Below, piece by piece: positions 28,111 through 37,795 of a stretch of 64,000 bases of DNA. Position 1 is the first letter of the stretch. Every line of letters begins with the position of its first letter. Origin of the DNA: Gemmatimonadota bacterium (lineage in GTDB: Bacteria > Gemmatimonadota > Gemmatimonadetes > Gemmatimonadales > GWC2-71-9); NCBI GenBank assembly GCA_036679605.1, contig JAZDCZ010000239.1:1-64000 (forward strand). Direction: 5' to 3'. The position numbers were made by a program, and so were the translations under genes. The notes under the pieces are model-generated. The model had not been told where the DNA came from. It did not search any database and was given only the letters and a program-made list of their open reading frames with translations.

Positions 28111-29483
28111 CGGTTCGAAAAGAGCGATCCCCCAGCAAACTCACAATGATGATCGTTGAGGACGACGATGGCCTGAGGCCGTCGCTCGAATTGTCATTCT
28201 CGCGAAGAGGACACGAAGTGATCGGGGTCGCCTCTGTTGCAGAAGCTGCGCGACATCTGCAAGAACGCAGTATCGCTCTCGTCCTTCTGGACATTCAGTT
28301 ACCGGACGGCTCGGGACTCGATGTGCTAAGGGCTGCACAGGACGTCGACCCGGATACCGTAGTAGTCATGATGACAGCTTTTCCAGAGATCAAGACTGCG
28401 GTGCGGGCGATGAAGGACGGCGCATCCGACTTCGTTGTAAAGCCGTTCGATTTGGAGGACCTCCATCTAACAGTCGAACGCGCGATTGAAGTTAGGTCTC
28501 TAAGGCGCGATGTGCGACGTCTCGAGCGCGAAAGCAGACTAGGGAATCAGGATTCAGACATTCTCGGTGAGAGTACACCCGTCAAGCAATTACGTGACGA
28601 GATCGCAAAGGCTGCCACAGCTGACACGCCTGTGCTCGTCGTTGGCGAAACCGGAACTGGAAAAGAGCTGGTGGCGGATTCCATACATGCCCTCTCTAAC
28701 CGGTTTGAAGCACCGCTCGTCAAAGTGAACTGTAGCGCGTTCTCGGAGCAGCTATTGGAGAGCGAGTTATTCGGACACGAGAAAGGAGCCTTCACCGACG
28801 CGCGCGAGGCGCGCGCCGGTGTTTTTGAGATGGCCGATGGTGGAACGCTCTTTCTGGACGAGATTTCGGAAATGAAGCCGGGGCTGCAGGCAAAATTGCT
28901 CAGGGTAGTTGAGGGACACCCGTTTCGGAAAGTAGGGGGGCAACGGGAGATTTGGGCCGATGTTCACGTTCTGGCGGCGACCAATCGAGATCTCAAGACC
29001 ATGTTAGAGTCAGGTGCCCTTAGAGAGGACCTCTACTTTCGCTTGAACGTGTTTCAGATCCGGGTTCCCCCTCTACGTGAGCGTGGAGACGACGTGGTCT
29101 TGCTCGCCAGATTCTTTCTAAGAAGATCTGCGTCCACTCTCAGGAAATCCCCTCTCGAACTTGCGGGCGACGCCGAGGAGACTCTTGTGGGCTACGACTG
29201 GCCCGGAAATATTCGCGAGTTGCAAAACGTCATGGAGCGCGCCGCAATTCTGTGTGATGGTGGCGAGGTAGGAGTAGAGCACCTACCCATTGAGGTTCAA
29301 AGTTCCGCGTTCGTGCAGCGGCAGGCTCCCGACAAGACAACGCATATGCCGTCTTTGGATGAGATCGAACGCCGCTACGTTGCGCATGTAACCCGACGTG
29401 TGAACGGTAATCTTTCCCAGGCCGCCCGGATTTTGGGGATCGCCCGGAACACACTCAAGGCTAAACTCGAGTCAGACAGCTGA
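28107..29483 (+). CDS. Sigma54-dependent response regulator (NtrC/AtoC family)
   Basis: Receiver VEDDD/LLDIQLP/KPF; GETGTGKE; ESELFGHEKGAFTDA; WPGNIREL; Fis-type HTH. Confidence 0.97.
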   Translation: MTVRKERSPSKLTMMIVEDDDGLRPSLELSFSRRGHEVIGVASVAEAARHLQERSIALVLLDIQLPDGSGLDVLRAAQDVDPDTVVVMMTAFPEIKTAVRAMKDGASDFVVKPFDLEDLHLTVERAIEVRSLRRDVRRLERESRLGNQDSDILGESTPVKQLRDEIAKAATADTPVLVVGETGTGKELVADSIHALSNRFEAPLVKVNCSAFSEQLLESELFGHEKGAFTDAREARAGVFEMADGGTLFLDEISEMKPGLQAKLLRVVEGHPFRKVGGQREIWADVHVLAATNRDLKTMLESGALREDLYFRLNVFQIRVPPLRERGDDVVLLARFFLRRSASTLRKSPLELAGDAEETLVGYDWPGNIRELQNVMERAAILCDGGEVGVEHLPIEVQSSAFVQRQAPDKTTHMPSLDEIERRYVAHVTRRVNGNLSQAARILGIARNTLKAKLESDS

Positions 29484-29717
29484 TCAACTGGCGAGAGTCG
29501 ATCAATACTTGAGCAGCAAAGCCTAACTAGCCTTCCGAAAGCGACTTAGGCCGCCACCTCCTAGCCGTTCCAACCCATGCGTTCGTAGTTGACCAGATCG
29601 GCACCGTCACCGACAGGGAAGACCTGTCTCAACTACCCTCCTCTGATCGGTTCTTACCTATTGCACCACAACCACTTACCAACCACCCAACGGCGCCGCT
29701 CTCCTGTCGGACCACAA

Positions 29718-29735
29718 CAGGCACGAGCGTTGCTT
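29718..29735 (+). promoter_or_regulatory. Sigma54 (-24/-12) promoter
   Basis: CAGGCACGAGCGTTGCTT: GG-N10-GC close to the consensus TGGCACG-N4-TTGC, about 75 nt upstream of ATG 29809. Confidence 0.85.
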
Positions 29736-29808
29736 TATTGCCAAACCACAACGGCAATTGGCCGTCAAGGATTGTGACAATTCTGACTCGTTCATTTGGA
29801 GATAGATA

Positions 29809-30489
29809 ATGACTAGACACCCGCTTTTCATGGCCCTAGGAGCTATGCTCTTGACGGCTACACCGGGCCACGTCTTCGAAATCACGACCGCCCGCCCCGA
29901 TTCCAACTCGGGCGTTGTTCGCGGTCACATCACGTTCGATGGAGGCACGGCGCCCGCAGGCGTGATCCAGACAGACGCCGTCATCTATCTTGTGGGTGAC
30001 GGCCTTGCTACAACTCCGAGAGCTGGCGAAACATCCGGCGTTCCCGAGCTGATTCAGGAGGACATCACTTTTTCGCCCCATGTATTGCCTGTGGTGGTAG
30101 GAACTGACGTTCGGATCCACAACAGCGATGCTATCATGCACAACGTTCACACTCGCAGTCGCAAGAACCGGCCTTTCAACAAATCTCAGCTCGGTGCAAT
30201 GACCGCGACCGTCAAGTTCAAGCGCTCCGAGATCGTGGCTGTGTCGTGCGACGTTCATTCCCAGATGTCGGCTTACATCGTCGTCCTCGATAACTCGTTC
30301 TTCACCAAGTTGGGAGCCGACGGCTCCTTCATGATCTCCGACGTTCCGGCAGGCAACTACCAGTTGGTTGCCTGGCATGAGCGCTACGGGCAAGTGCAGG
30401 CCGACGTCGAAGTCACGGCCGACGGCATCACGACGGCCCAACTCAATTTCTCAAAGACTGTCCACGCGGCGGAGGGTAGCGGACTATGA
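29809..30489 (+). CDS. Secreted cupredoxin-like plus carboxypeptidase-regulatory-like protein
   Basis: Signal peptide; FSPHVL, NSDAIMHNVH, CDVHSQM; DGSFMISDVPAGNYQLVAWH. Confidence 0.8.
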   Translation: MTRHPLFMALGAMLLTATPGHVFEITTARPDSNSGVVRGHITFDGGTAPAGVIQTDAVIYLVGDGLATTPRAGETSGVPELIQEDITFSPHVLPVVVGTDVRIHNSDAIMHNVHTRSRKNRPFNKSQLGAMTATVKFKRSEIVAVSCDVHSQMSAYIVVLDNSFFTKLGADGSFMISDVPAGNYQLVAWHERYGQVQADVEVTADGITTAQLNFSKTVHAAEGSGL

Positions 30490-31760
30490 GACAGACCATC
30501 CAGAAGCTGGCGGTTCTAACAGCATGTTTGCTGTGCCCATTGATAACACCAGCTACAGTATTCGGGCAGGGAGCCAAGACGGACTCGCTGCGATCAATAA
30601 CGCAGATTCCGCTCAACGATGATGAGTACCAATTTTTGACGTTGGGACAGGGCCACGATTACGTCAAAGCTGAACGGTGGCGCATCATTGATCAGATCGA
30701 ACAGGCTATCCCGGCACTCTACGAGCCTCGGTTACCGTTCCACGGCTACACGTTGCCTCCGGGCGCCTTTCGGGTAGCGTGGAGCACCACTTATGCTCGA
30801 AATGCAGGGGACTTTGGGAGAGATGACTTCTACTCGTTGTTCTTCAACGACGTAAAGATGGACATCATGCAGGTCAACATGAATCTACTTTACGGATTCG
30901 AGGTTGGCTCGCTAAAGGACATGGTGCTGAACCTAAACATCCCATACAAATTTCAGCGTACTTCGGGAATGGGCCATCCATTCCGCATAGAGCCGATGCA
31001 GATGACGATGAACGGGGCGGCTAACGGAATTGGCGACATTTCTCTCACATTGAAGAAAAAGTGGTTCGACCAAGGAAACGGACCACTGAATTTTGCCACG
31101 ATGATCGGGGCTATTTTTCCAACCGCCAACGACAACGCGTCGTTCGAGGCATCACAGACCATCTACATAAATGGTCAGCCCATGATGGCGGTCTCGGCCG
31201 ACCTGCCGGCAAACCCTACCATCAATGTGTTTGGGCGCGAACCAGACGATCTCTTTTTCCCGCGAGTGGCGCAACCTGGAAACGGCAGTTGGGGAGCGCG
31301 TCTTGGGTTCGGCGCCACCCGCCAACTCGAACGTGGTGCCATCCATTTCGGGGCCGTCGTAGATCTGCTGGCGGATAACGATGGAATCACTCCAGGAGAC
31401 GAACTCAAGTACGGGGCTTCCTTCATGCTACCACCAACGTCGAGCGACCGGATTACGTTGGATTTTTCCGTCTTCGGCAAGTGGAGAGGCGACGAGAAGT
31501 TCCCCGGAACCATCATGCATCCAGAGCGCGATCCTGTCACTGGTGGCCCGGTGATGGACGCCAGCGGAAACACCGTGATGTTCATGACTGGTAGGCCCGA
31601 CTTCAAGCACGGGAATACGACCTTCGTGAGCCCCTCGCTGATTCTCATCACTCGACCAAACACACGGCTGATCTTCAGTCCGGCTTTCCGCGTATTCGAG
31701 CCCAACCAAGGCCCGTCGCCGCGCTGGACCATGACGGTCGGTCAAACATTCACGTTCTAG
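30486..31760 (+). CDS. Putative outer-membrane beta-barrel protein, Met-rich
   Basis: Signal peptide; GIGDISLTLKKK, IFPT, PGNGSW amphipathic strands; terminal Phe (GQTFTF). Confidence 0.7.
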   Translation: MRQTIQKLAVLTACLLCPLITPATVFGQGAKTDSLRSITQIPLNDDEYQFLTLGQGHDYVKAERWRIIDQIEQAIPALYEPRLPFHGYTLPPGAFRVAWSTTYARNAGDFGRDDFYSLFFNDVKMDIMQVNMNLLYGFEVGSLKDMVLNLNIPYKFQRTSGMGHPFRIEPMQMTMNGAANGIGDISLTLKKKWFDQGNGPLNFATMIGAIFPTANDNASFEASQTIYINGQPMMAVSADLPANPTINVFGREPDDLFFPRVAQPGNGSWGARLGFGATRQLERGAIHFGAVVDLLADNDGITPGDELKYGASFMLPPTSSDRITLDFSVFGKWRGDEKFPGTIMHPERDPVTGGPVMDASGNTVMFMTGRPDFKHGNTTFVSPSLILITRPNTRLIFSPAFRVFEPNQGPSPRWTMTVGQTFTF

Positions 31761-31774
31761 AGAGAGCAAATACC

Positions 31775-33826
31775 GTGTCCATAATATCGAGGCATACTGC
31801 GCTGGCCACCGCACTCGTAGCGTTGAGCGGATGCGCCGGTTTGTCCTACCAAGACCGCGGACCAAATGCGGAGCCGGTAGAAGCGTTGGTTGGCACCAGG
31901 GCGCCTACCTTCGAGAAATATCGGACGCCACTCGAAGCCGAGGTGGTAGACCGAACCTTCAATACGAAAGAGGCCATGTTCCTCGCAAACGAGATGAATA
32001 TCGCATCTTTCCCTTTCTTCGAGCAGGCGATCATCGACGGATTGGTTACGTCCGATCCCGACTTCTTGTACATGACCACCGTGGAATCGTACTGGTACTC
32101 ACGGTATAACATGTCAGCCCTGATCACAGAGAGCCGCCTAGGGGTTCACACCGTGTTTGGTCCTTACGTAACTGAACGGGCGTTACGTGAGGGGAGAGGG
32201 AACGTAAACCGCGACCGGGGCGACTACGTGCGTTCTAACAAGGGCGTTCTGTTACAGGAGATCATTCCCTCTTACCTGAGCCTTACCGGATTCCCACGTC
32301 GCTTCGAGGACGCATCACCCACAATGCTGCAATTCGCGTCCGGTGACCCACATTATGTTCGCACATTGGATAAGGGCATCAAGTTCGAAAGCACCGAGAA
32401 CCTGATGAGATATAAGGACCTCAGGAAGATCTACGGAGATCAGCTTCCTCAATCCGAATACGGAATGGGCATCGGCGGAAACGAAATGTGGAAGACCAGA
32501 ATCAACTACAGAGAGAATTTCCTGAGCCTCCGCTGGAATCACTCAAAAATGGATCACACCATTGACATGGGCGCAGAGGGACAGACTCTCATGAAGCAAG
32601 CTCTGTGGATGGAGTATTTCTTCAAACAGAACCACCATCGCGGACGTTTCCTGGGAAACGATCCGGAAGAGGGGTTTCGTGGCTCGATGCTCAACCTAAT
32701 GGCGGTGTCCAAGATGTTGATGCTCAAGAGTGCGCTGCTTTACGACGGCCGAAAGCTCACAGGCGTCGATCCGCGAGTCGCGGAACCGGGTGAATACTAC
32801 TTCCCTCATCGCATTGGTGTACGGATGAGGATGGTCGGCGACCTTCCTCCACGACCGGAAGAATTCCGTGTTACTGATCGCTCGAGCCAACTCTTCGACC
32901 AGGGATCGTTGCTGTGGGGACTGAGCGAGTACTACTACTTCGCTGACCCTACGGACAAAAACAACTGGAACAACGTATTCGGTGACAATACACCATACGA
33001 CGGTTCCGTAATGGAGCAAAAGTACATCGTACTCGCTGAGGGACTTGCCAATCTCGTGCTTCACAACATGGCTTCGATGCACCGCAACGATGATGGTACG
33101 CTACTATCAGAGTGGCATCCGGCTTCCGGCAAGGGATCCAAGGTAGCGACTGCGGATCTAGCCATGGCAATGGTTGGCTTGGCGAATTACGCGACACGTG
33201 TACATGGTGATTCGGACAATGTCAGTCTCTCTCGGCAAGTGCTGAGGGATCAGGCCAATTTTCTCATGAACAAACTGGAGTCATCTGATGGACGAGTAGC
33301 AAACGGATATGATTTCTCGGCTGGAAGGCCGAGCGCTGGACCAACGACCTTGCTGGCCCAATCCTTTGCGGTTCGCGGATTGATCGAAGCAAATCGAGTT
33401 CTCGGCGACCAGCAATACCTGGACGCCGCAATCAGATCGTACGGTTTCATGAACACCAAGCTCTGGGACGAGCGAACCGGTGTGTACCGTTCTTACGTGG
33501 ATGCCGAAGTTACCGAGTACACACCGCTCAACGTCGGAGCGGCGCTTGCCGCAGTGCGCGAGATAGCCCTAGTAACGAAAAGTGCGGCCGAGTTGGAACG
33601 CTGGAAGCGGTTCTGGGTCCAGGCCATCGACGGCAGTGGGATACAGCAGAGCGAGTATGAAGAAACCGGAGAAAAGAATTTCTACGCGAAAGACGGTGAC
33701 GGCGATGGCATTCCACGCATGGAGTACGCCGATGGCAAATACGGCATTGCCCCAGTGTTCGCCACCAAAGTATTGATTCAGACTCCAGTGAGCAGAATCG
33801 CCAAGAGTTTGACCGGCTCCCGCTGA
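31775..33826 (+). CDS. Uncharacterised 683-aa lipoprotein; C-terminal half resembles an (alpha/alpha)6 barrel
   Basis: Lipobox LSGC; helical repeats such as GLIEANRVLGDQQYLDAAIRSYGFM..LWD..TGVY; DGDGDG motif. Confidence 0.8.
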   Translation: MSIISRHTALATALVALSGCAGLSYQDRGPNAEPVEALVGTRAPTFEKYRTPLEAEVVDRTFNTKEAMFLANEMNIASFPFFEQAIIDGLVTSDPDFLYMTTVESYWYSRYNMSALITESRLGVHTVFGPYVTERALREGRGNVNRDRGDYVRSNKGVLLQEIIPSYLSLTGFPRRFEDASPTMLQFASGDPHYVRTLDKGIKFESTENLMRYKDLRKIYGDQLPQSEYGMGIGGNEMWKTRINYRENFLSLRWNHSKMDHTIDMGAEGQTLMKQALWMEYFFKQNHHRGRFLGNDPEEGFRGSMLNLMAVSKMLMLKSALLYDGRKLTGVDPRVAEPGEYYFPHRIGVRMRMVGDLPPRPEEFRVTDRSSQLFDQGSLLWGLSEYYYFADPTDKNNWNNVFGDNTPYDGSVMEQKYIVLAEGLANLVLHNMASMHRNDDGTLLSEWHPASGKGSKVATADLAMAMVGLANYATRVHGDSDNVSLSRQVLRDQANFLMNKLESSDGRVANGYDFSAGRPSAGPTTLLAQSFAVRGLIEANRVLGDQQYLDAAIRSYGFMNTKLWDERTGVYRSYVDAEVTEYTPLNVGAALAAVREIALVTKSAAELERWKRFWVQAIDGSGIQQSEYEETGEKNFYAKDGDGDGIPRMEYADGKYGIAPVFATKVLIQTPVSRIAKSLTGSR

Positions 33827-33837
33827 CCCAATGGGAA

Positions 33838-33861
33838 GGGAGGTGGCGCAAGTCACCTCCC
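33838..33861 (+). terminator. Stem-loop after the sigma54 operon
   Basis: GGGAGGTGGC-GCAA-GTCACCTCCC, 10-bp stem with a GNRA loop; weak U-tract. Confidence 0.55.
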
Positions 33862-33978
33862 CGCTCCTATTCGTCGATGTGCTATAGCATCGAACTTCAA
33901 GAGCTGTATCTTCTCTCGTCAACAATTGTGCCTTCCTACAACTGCAGAGTTCCGAATCTACCAAGGGCCATCACTACT

Positions 33979-35658
33979 ATGAAAAGATCCGCTCTTTCAA
34001 CCTGCCTAGTGCTTGCGATCTTCCTCACCGCTTGCTCACACCAATATGACGTTGTCATCCGAGGGGGAACTATTTACGACGGAAGCGGCGAGGACGCTCA
34101 GGTGGGCGACGTCGCGATTGTCGCAGACTCGATCGTCTACGTTGGGCCGCGCGCCGAGGGTCGTGGACGCGAGGAGATCGACGCTAGTGGCCTCGCAGTC
34201 GCTCCCGGATTCATCAACATGCTGAGTTGGGCTACTGAATCGCTTATCGAGGACGGCAAGTCGCAGAGCGATATTCGCCAAGGAGTAACGCTAGAGATCT
34301 TCGGTGAAGGATGGTCGGAGGGGCCACTCAATGAGGTGATGAAACAGCAGGCCGTGGAACAGCAGGGTGATATCAAATTCGACATCGAATGGACGACATT
34401 GGCCGAGTATCTCGACTACTTGGTGGAGAAAGGCATTTCACCTAACGTAGGATCGTTTATTGGCGCCACGACCGTGCGGATACATGAGATCGGGTACGCT
34501 GATCGTCCACCTACGCCCGAAGAGTTGGATAGGATGCGCGCTCTGGTGCGCCAAGCAATGGAAGACGGTGCACTAGGAGTCGGATCATCTCTGATCTACG
34601 CACCGGCGTTCTATGCAAAAACCGATGAGTTGATCGAGTTGTCCAAAGTGGCAGCCGAGTACGAAGGTATGTACATCTCGCACATGCGCAGCGAGGGAAA
34701 CCGGCTGCTGGAAGCCGTAGACGAACTGATCACTATTGCACGCACCGCCGGCATACGAGCCGAGATATATCACTTGAAGGAGGGCGGCAAGAGCAACTGG
34801 AACAAGTTGGATCAGGTCATCAACAGGGTAGAACAAGCTCGAGCGTCCGGCCTGGAGATCACCGCTGACATGTATACCTACACGGCGGGAGCAACCGGCC
34901 TGGATGCGGCGATGCCGCCATGGGTCCAGGAAGGCGGACTCGATGCGTGGATCGAGAGGCTCAAGAGTCCGGCGATCCGCCGGCGCGTCGGTCGTGAAAT
35001 GTCAACTTCAGCAGATAGTTGGGAGAACCTGTATTTTGCCGCCGGAACCGCAGACAATGTTCTACTCGTTGGATTCAAGAACGACTCACTCAAGCATCTA
35101 ACCGGCAGGACGTTGGCGGAAGTAGCCACTATGCGGGGCTCGACGCCTGAGGAAACCGCCATGGACCTGGTCATTCAAGATAATTCGAGGGTCGGAACGG
35201 TCTATTTTTTGATGTCCGAAGAGAACGTGCGACGTCAAGTTGGGCTTCCATGGGTTAGCTTCGCGTCCGACGCCGGATCGCCTGCACCCGAAGGCGTATT
35301 TCTCAAATCCAACCCCCACCCTCGTGCTTACGGCAATTTCGCTCGTCTCCTGGGTAGGTACGTGCGGGAGGAGCAAGCAACTACGCTACAGGAAGCAATC
35401 AGGAGGCTCACTTCCTTTCCGGCCCACAATCTTAGGATAGAACGGAGGGGTTCACTACAAACAGGCAATTTCGCAGATGTGGTCGTATTCGATCCCGCCA
35501 CGATTCAAGATCACGCTCAGTTCGACAAACCACACCAGTATTCAACCGGCATGCATCATGTGTTTGTAAATGGGGTCCAAGTGCTCCGCGACGGGGAGCA
35601 CACGGGGGCTACTCCTGGAATGGTGGTCCGGGGGCCGGGCTGGACGGGTCGCAACTGA
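33979..35658 (+). CDS. N-acyl-D-amino-acid deacylase family amidohydrolase (lipoprotein)
   Basis: Lipobox LTAC; VIRGGTIYDGSG, VAPGFIN, SHMRSE, HPRAYGNF, ADVVVFD; ATG 33979 chosen over the ORF-track start. Confidence 0.92.
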   Translation: MKRSALSTCLVLAIFLTACSHQYDVVIRGGTIYDGSGEDAQVGDVAIVADSIVYVGPRAEGRGREEIDASGLAVAPGFINMLSWATESLIEDGKSQSDIRQGVTLEIFGEGWSEGPLNEVMKQQAVEQQGDIKFDIEWTTLAEYLDYLVEKGISPNVGSFIGATTVRIHEIGYADRPPTPEELDRMRALVRQAMEDGALGVGSSLIYAPAFYAKTDELIELSKVAAEYEGMYISHMRSEGNRLLEAVDELITIARTAGIRAEIYHLKEGGKSNWNKLDQVINRVEQARASGLEITADMYTYTAGATGLDAAMPPWVQEGGLDAWIERLKSPAIRRRVGREMSTSADSWENLYFAAGTADNVLLVGFKNDSLKHLTGRTLAEVATMRGSTPEETAMDLVIQDNSRVGTVYFLMSEENVRRQVGLPWVSFASDAGSPAPEGVFLKSNPHPRAYGNFARLLGRYVREEQATTLQEAIRRLTSFPAHNLRIERRGSLQTGNFADVVVFDPATIQDHAQFDKPHQYSTGMHHVFVNGVQVLRDGEHTGATPGMVVRGPGWTGRN

Positions 35659-35791
35659 TGGAGTCAGAGGTTTTCTGAAACTGCTTGCGGCGGTACCACC
35701 ATATGCTTACAAGCACGCCGAAGAAAACAAGCGGCGTTACCGCCATCATGGCACCCGCCCAAAACATCGGCATAGAAAAGCCCTCGGTCAT
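35609..35791 (-). CDS. Small single-TM hypothetical protein
   Basis: ATGA-coupled to the upstream gene; hydrophobic helix then WWYRRK; overlaps the convergent gene by 50 nt. Confidence 0.55.
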   Translation of the reverse strand: MTEGFSMPMFWAGAMMAVTPLVFFGVLVSIWWYRRKQFQKTSDSISCDPSSPAPGPPFQE

Positions 35792-35976
35792 CTGCCGAGG
35801 AAACGTTTGAGGTGCGCAAGATAATAGGCCAGTGCCACGGCGGCGGCGGCAAACGTCGTCGCGAGCACCAAACTGACCGTGCCACCGTCTGCCCGGAACG
35901 CAACGAACGACCAGGCAGCAAACCCGCCGCAGAACAGGATCGCGGTAGCAATCAACAGGCGATGGAATCCGATCAT
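35788..35976 (-). CDS. Small two-TM hypothetical protein
   Basis: MIGFHRLLIATAILFC...LAYYLAHLKRFLGR; ATGA overlap with the cyoE stop. Confidence 0.7.
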   Translation of the reverse strand: MIGFHRLLIATAILFCGGFAAWSFVAFRADGGTVSLVLATTFAAAAVALAYYLAHLKRFLGR

Positions 35977-36851
35977 GGACCCTTGTTGATAACCATCAGA
36001 AGCAATAGGGCGGGCAAGTATGCCAGGGATGCACGAAACACTCTCCGAGCATTCAGCGCTGTCACGTTCCGCGCAGCCCACAGACTGCTTGCCAGGAAAG
36101 ATCCGGAAAAGAGCAACGCCCCGGCAAAATAGATGGTCCCAGCCGTTCCCAACATTGTTGGCATCAAACTCACTGGCAGCAGTGCTGCGGCATACAACGT
36201 GGCGTACCGAAAGGTTGCTCGTCCATCGGGATCTTCAACACTAATCATCTTGAGACCTGCTCTAGTGTAGTCTTCCTTATACAGCCATCCCAGCGCCAAG
36301 AAATGAGGTAGCTGCCACAGAAACAGGATCCAGAACAGCACCCATACCTCCGGACCCAAAGACCCTCCCGCAGCGGTCCAACCACCCACGACAGGCAGTG
36401 CCCCCGGTACCGCACCCACTAGGGTGGAAACCGTAGAGTGTCGCTTGAGCGGAGTATAGACGAACACATAGATTATCAGAGTCGCAGCTGCAAGCAGCGC
36501 CGTCAGTAGGTTCGTGAATAAGGTCAGGTACGCTACTCCACCAACACCTATCACCCACGCGCCCACCGCCGCTGTAGATACATCCATGCGGCCGGCAGGA
36601 AGTGGTCTCATGCGAGTTCTTCGCATCAAGGCATCGATTTCATGCTCGGCCACCTGGTTAAGCGCGCTCGTACCTGCCGCCACCATCGCCGTGCCAACTA
36701 GTAAGTGAAACAGACTCAGACCGCTTGGCAGTACCGACGCTCCAAGCCAGAAACCGGCGGCGGCGGTCAGCATTACCATGAGGACGATCCGCGGCTTGGT
36801 CAGCTCTACGATATCGACAGCACTGACGCGCCTCAACGCGATCGCTACCAT
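35973..36851 (-). CDS. cyoE: Protoheme IX farnesyltransferase (heme o synthase)
   Basis: LTKPRI, NQVAEHEIDALMRRTRMRPLP, YTPLKR, WQLPHF, EDY. Confidence 0.96.
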   Translation of the reverse strand: MVAIALRRVSAVDIVELTKPRIVLMVMLTAAAGFWLGASVLPSGLSLFHLLVGTAMVAAGTSALNQVAEHEIDALMRRTRMRPLPAGRMDVSTAAVGAWVIGVGGVAYLTLFTNLLTALLAAATLIIYVFVYTPLKRHSTVSTLVGAVPGALPVVGGWTAAGGSLGPEVWVLFWILFLWQLPHFLALGWLYKEDYTRAGLKMISVEDPDGRATFRYATLYAAALLPVSLMPTMLGTAGTIYFAGALLFSGSFLASSLWAARNVTALNARRVFRASLAYLPALLLLMVINKGP

Positions 36852-37114
36852 CTGAACTCGGTTAGTACTGCGACGACTATGATGACCGTCAGCGGCAGAG
36901 GCGCTAACACAAAGATACGCATCCTGTTCCCCTCAAACCTCAAGTGCATGAAGTACAGTGCGACCAGAAGGGCCTTCCACAGCGACATTCCCAAAAGGAG
37001 CAGAAGAATTACTTCTCTGGACCAAGATAAGCTCGAGACGCCTAGTTCCACGACTGTGAGCACGGCCAATCCAGCCCAGACCGCCCAGTAATTCGGATGC
37101 TTGTCGACCATCAC
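36845..37114 (-). CDS. Cytochrome c oxidase subunit IV family protein
   Basis: LTVVEL...KALLVALYFMHLRFE. Confidence 0.85.
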   Translation of the reverse strand: MMVDKHPNYWAVWAGLAVLTVVELGVSSLSWSREVILLLLLGMSLWKALLVALYFMHLRFEGNRMRIFVLAPLPLTVIIVVAVLTEFRW

Positions 37115-37126
37115 GCGTCTCCTATA

Positions 37127-37786
37127 TCAGACAAGATAGACTATCGTGAACAGGATTATCCAGACTAGATCAACGAAGTGCCAATAGAGCCCGACCACTT
37201 CCACACCACGATGATCCGTGGCCGTGTACTTGCCACGAAACGCCTTCACCGTCACAAAAATCATGCAGATCACACCTACCGTTACATGAAACCCGTGGAA
37301 CCCGGTCATGGTGTAGAAAGTTGATCCATAGATTCCCACAGAAGCCGGAAGCTCGCCCGCTAACGCTTTCTCGGCCAGTTCACTGCCGAGAGAGTATCCT
37401 GCTGCGGTGAAGCCATCATGTAAGAGGTGCGTATACTCGTACGCCTGGACCCCAACAAATCCGGCCCCGAGTATGACAGTCGCCAGAAGATACATCTTGA
37501 GTTGCCGCTGGTTTCCAGCGCTCACCGCAGCAAACGCCTTCACCATCGTAACGCTACTGCAAATGAGCAGGAATGTGTTTACGGCAGTCACCGGAATGTT
37601 TAGAATCGCACCGGCTTCAGCCCATTGCTCCGGCGAACCGAATCGGAGAATGATATACGACCCTATCAGAGCGGTGAAGAACATCACCTCCGATCCCAAG
37701 AAAACCCAGATGCCAAGCTTCTCGTTGTATACGTCGGCTCCGATCTCTCGGCGGGCCGGAGGCTGCATCACTGTAGGGTGTGCCAT
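37127..37786 (-). CDS. ctaE: Heme-copper oxidase subunit III (second operon)
   Basis: FLGSEVMFF, MTGFHGFHV, GLYWHFVDLVW. Confidence 0.95.
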   Translation of the reverse strand: MAHPTVMQPPARREIGADVYNEKLGIWVFLGSEVMFFTALIGSYIILRFGSPEQWAEAGAILNIPVTAVNTFLLICSSVTMVKAFAAVSAGNQRQLKMYLLATVILGAGFVGVQAYEYTHLLHDGFTAAGYSLGSELAEKALAGELPASVGIYGSTFYTMTGFHGFHVTVGVICMIFVTVKAFRGKYTATDHRGVEVVGLYWHFVDLVWIILFTIVYLV

Positions 37787-37795
37787 GATCTCCTC

